64,000 nt of DNA from Eledone cirrhosa (lineage: Eukaryota), in NCBI GenBank assembly GCA_964016885.1, contig OZ024752.1, forward strand, positions 40,300,001 to 40,364,000, given 5' to 3'. Positions 59,901 through 64,000 of the stretch are shown in pieces. The translations under genes and the position numbers were made by a program. Within the stretch, counting starts at the first letter, position 1, and every line of letters begins with the position of its first letter. A model generated the notes under the pieces. That model ran no database searches, had not been told where the DNA came from, and was given only the letters and a program-made list of their open reading frames with translations.

Positions 59901-62900
59901 TGTTTAAATAGCCTCACCAACCTGCAATTGGCCAAGCATGGGTGACATGTGCACCTGGCAGTTGATACAGTTGTCCCCTGGTATTTGTTTAAATAGCCTC
60001 ACCAACCTGCAATTGGCCAAGCATGGGTGACATGTGCACCTGGCAGTTGATACAGTTGTCCCCTGGTATTTGTTTAAATAGCCTCACCAACCTGCAATTG
60101 GCCAAGCATGGGTGACATGTGCACCTGGCAGTTGATACAGTTGTCCCCTGGTATTTGTTTAAATAGCCTCACCAACCTGCAATTGGCCAAGCATGGGTGA
60201 CATGTGCACCTGGCAGTTGATACAGTTGTCCCCTGGTATTTGTTTAAATAACCTCACCAACCTGCAATTGGCCAAGCATGGGTGTCAGGTGCATATGACA
60301 GTTGATACAGTTGTCCCCTGGTATTTGTTTAAATAGCCTCACCAACCTGCAATTGGCCAAGCATGGGTGACATGTGCACCTGGCAGTTGATACAGTTGTC
60401 CCCTGGTATTTGTTTAAATAGCCTCACCAACCTGAAATTGGCCAAGCATGGGTGACATGTGCACCTGGCAGTTGGTACAGTTGTCCCCTGGTATTTGTTT
60501 AAATAGCCTCACCAACCTGCAATTGGCCAAGCATGGGTGTCATGTGCACCTGGCAGTTGATACAGTTGTCCCCTGGTATTTGTTTAAATAGCCTCACCAA
60601 CCTGCAATTGGCCAAGCATGGGTGACATGTGCACCTGGCAGTTGATACAGTTGTCCCCTGGTATTTGTTTAAATAGCCTCACCAACCTGCAATTGGCCAA
60701 GCATGGGTGTCAGGTGCATATGACAGTTGATACAGTTGTCCCCTGGTATTTGTTTAAATAGCCTCACCAACCTGCAATTGGCCAAGCATGGGTGACATGT
60801 GCACCTGGCAGTTGATACAGTTGTCCCCTGGTATTTGTTTAAATAGCCTCACCAACCTGCAATTGGCCAAGCATGGGTGACATGTGCACCTGGCAGTTGG
60901 TACAGTTGTCCCCTGGTATTTGTTTAAATAGCCTCACCAACCTGCAATTGGCCAAGCATGGGTGTCATGTGCATATGACAGTTGATACAGTTGTCCCCTG
61001 GTATTTGTTTAAATAGCCTCACCAACCTGCAATTGGCCAAGCATGGGTGTCATGTGCACCTGGCAGTTGATACAGTTGTCCCCTGGTATTTGTTTAAATA
61101 GCCTCACCAACCTGCAATTGGCCAAGCATGGGTGACATGTGCACCTGGCAGTTGGTACAGTTGTCCCCTGGTATTTGTTTAAATAGCCTCACCAACCTGC
61201 AATTGGCCAAGCATGGGTGTCATGTGCACATGGCAGTTGATACAGTTGTCCCCTGGTATTTGTTTAAATAGCCTCACCAACCTGCAATTGGCCAAGCATG
61301 GGTGTCATGTGCACCTGGCAGTTGATACAGTTGTCCCCTGGTATTTGTTTAAATAGCCTCACCAACCTGCAATTGGCCAAGCATGGGTGTCATGTGCATA
61401 TGACAGTTGATACAGTTGTCCCCTGGCATTTGTTTAAATAGCCTCACCAACCTGCAATTGGCCAAGCATGGGTGTCAGGTGCACCTGGCAGTTGATACAG
61501 TTGTCCCCTGGTATTTGTTTAAATAGCCTCACCAACCTGCAATTGGCCAAGCATGGGTGACATGTGCACCTGGCAGTTGATACAGTTGTCCCCTGGTATT
61601 TGTTTAAATAGCCTCACCAACCTGCAATTGGCCAAGCATGGGTGTCAGGTGCACCTGGCAGTTGATACAGTTGTCCCCTGGTATTTGTTTAAATAGCCTC
61701 ACCAACCTGCAATTGGCCAAGCATGGGTGTCATGTGCATATGACAGTTGATACAGTTGTCCCCTGGCATTTGTTTAAATAGCCTCACCAACCTGCAATTG
61801 GCCAAGCATGGGTGTCAGGTGCACCTGGCAGTTGATACAGTTGTCCCCTGGTATTTGTTTAAATAGCCTCACCAACCTGCAATTGGCCAAGCATGGGTGA
61901 CATGTGCACCTGGCAGTTGATACAGTTGTCCCCTGGTATTTGTTTAAATAGCCTCACCAACCTGCAATTGGCCAAGCATGGGTGTCATGTGCACCTGGCA
62001 GTTGATACAGTTGTCCCCTGGTATTTGTTTAAATAGCCTCACCAACCTGCAATTGGCCAAGCATGGGTGTCATGTGCACCTGGCAGTTGATACAGTTGTC
62101 CCCTGGTATTTGTTTAAATAGCCTCACCAACCTGCAATTGGCCAAGCATGGGTGTCATGTGCACCTGGCAGTTGGTACAGTTGTCCCCTGGTATTTGTTT
62201 AAATAGCCTCACCAACCTGCAATTGGCCAAGCATGGGTGTCATGTGCACCTGGCAGTTGATACAGTTGTCCCCTGGTATTTGTTTAAATAGCCTCACCAA
62301 CCTGCAATTGGCCAAGCATGGGTGTCATGTGCACCTGGCAGTTGGTACAGTTGTCCCCTGGTATTTGTTTAAATAGCCTCACCAACCTGCAATTGGCCAA
62401 GCATGGGTGTCATGTGCACCTGGCAGTTGGTACAGTTGTCCCCTGGTATTTGTTTAAATAGCCTCACCAACCTGCAATTGGCCAAGCATGGGTGACATGT
62501 GCACCTGGCAGTTGATACAGTTGTCCCCTGGTATTTGTTTAAATAGCCTCACCAACCTGCAATTGGCCAAGCATGGGTGTCATGTGCACCTGGCAGTTGA
62601 TACAGTTGTCCCCTGGTATTTGTTTAAATAGCCTCACCAACCTGCAATTGGCCAAGCATGGGTGTCATGTGCACCTGGCAGTTGATACAGTTGTCCCCTG
62701 GTATTTGTTTAAATAGCCTCACCAACCTGCAATTGGCCAAGCATGGGTGTCATGTGCACCTGGCAGTTGGTACAGTTGTCCCCTGGTATTTGTTTAAATA
62801 GCCTCACCAACCTGCAATTGGCCAAGCATGGGTGTCATGTGCACCTGGCTGTTGATACAGTTGTCCCCTGGTATTTGTTTAAATAGCCTCACCAACCTGC

Positions 62901-62915
62901 AATTGGCCAAGCATG
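56966..62915. repeat. 85-bp tandem array, 70 copies
   Basis: Unit GGTGTCATGTGCACCTGGCAGTTGATACAGTTGTCCCCTGGTATTTGTTTAAATAGCCTCACCAACCTGCAATTGGCCAAGCATG; 5950 bp / 85 = 70; no indels seen. Confidence 0.97.
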
Positions 62916-63642
62916 GTGAGTACGGCTTCACCACTGACGTGACCAAAAGCAGTGGAGATCAACCATGGAGAGGTTCTTCCAACAGGAAGGAGAAGACCCT
63001 TGGTTGAATTAGACTTAATAAATGCTAGAATGTGTGAGAAATAAATATCTTTTACCAAAAATGAAGTGGAAATAATAAATAAATGATAATAATAATAATT
63101 ATTAATTAATTAATTAAAAAGATAATACCTGCCTATTGACCTTCTTTTCTCTATTATTACAAAGCTTAATCTTTGGACCAATTATCTGACTTTTGGAAGT
63201 AAATAGCTTCAATTCAAGTTCTGTTTGTCTTTATTTCTTCTTCTTTTTCCTTCTCCTCCTCCTTCTTTAGAAAATAGTTTATCTTGGTGAGATTTGTATA
63301 ATTTAACCACGTGAGAAGTCTCAAGTAATTTAATGTCGCTTGCTTTATTTCCTGTCATGTAAGTTAACTTTGCAGCTATATAGACCAACATCCTATGTTA
63401 GTTAGTGTCCAGCATAGATCAATCTCCTGAAGAGTAGGTCAGCTTCTTGTAGAAATAAACCTGGTATGATTCATCAGTTCTTATAATATATATATTTTTC
63501 TAATCCTTAGATATTGTATCATACATTTATACTAGTATTTGTAATTATCTGTGAGGATACATCAGATCAAAGTGAAGCTTTGCTATTTCAAAGTGTGATC
63601 AAGGTTGTATCACACATTTTTAAACTACAGTCTTTGTAATTA

Positions 63643-63798
63643 CAGGTAAAATTCCGTTATAATGAATACCATTATAACAACATTTTTTTCAATCCTCAGC
63701 CACATGCTCGATGTGTTAGGTCGATCTCGTTATAAAGAAATTTTCATTACAAATTATTTTTTATACCCTGTAAATTTTGTTATAACAGAATTTCACTG
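63643..63798. mobile_element. pogo/Tigger-type MITE
   Basis: TA-CAGGTAAAATTCCGTTATAA ... TTATAACAGAATTTCACTG-TA. Confidence 0.72.
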
Positions 63799-64000
63799 TA
63801 TTTGTGAAGATATATCAGTTCAAAGGGAGGCTCTGTAAAAGTGAGATCAAGGATTTGAAACGGAGACTTTATAACTGAAGAGTGAGAATAATGATTTCAC
63901 ATTGAGGTTAACATGTCAGAAATCTATCAGGATGCAGTGTGGAATCATTCAAATTGCTGCTGGATAGATACTTAAGCACCATTAGAGATGAACCCCATCT

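Noticed and set aside
62916-63012. HDV-like ribozyme in the right flank of the array
   Set aside because: Only simple hairpins found; I could not assign the P1/P1.1/P2/P3 double pseudoknot.
63209-63391. 60-aa minus-strand ORF
   Set aside because: Partly a low-complexity purine tract; no frame continuous to the nearby donor-like site and no recognisable homology.

Overview
AT-rich, repeat-saturated eukaryotic DNA with no host gene I can call confidently. The SINE and LINE families resemble those I recall from octopod cephalopods; this is an inference, not a database result. Retroelements: two abundant young tRNA-derived SINE families (called SINE-A and SINE-B here), fragments of RTE, CR1 and CRE-clade non-LTR retrotransposons. 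DNA transposons: a decayed mariner, plus hAT, piggyBac-type (TTAA) and pogo-type MITEs. There are many micro- and minisatellites, including a 70 x 85-bp array. The least expected signal is a set of type-I hammerhead ribozyme folds that the ORF track does not show: five complete motifs (16280-16344, 16743-16821, 39912-39977, 47575-47619, 48167-48211), two truncated and two decayed, from several unrelated families. Most sit in Penelope-like inverted-terminal structures next to (TA)n. One lies in an ORF-less, terminally redundant ~478-bp unit that looks like a retrozyme. A second theme is repeated conversion of transposon segments into tandem arrays at short direct repeats. All folds, translations and coordinates were worked out by eye and may be off by a few bases.
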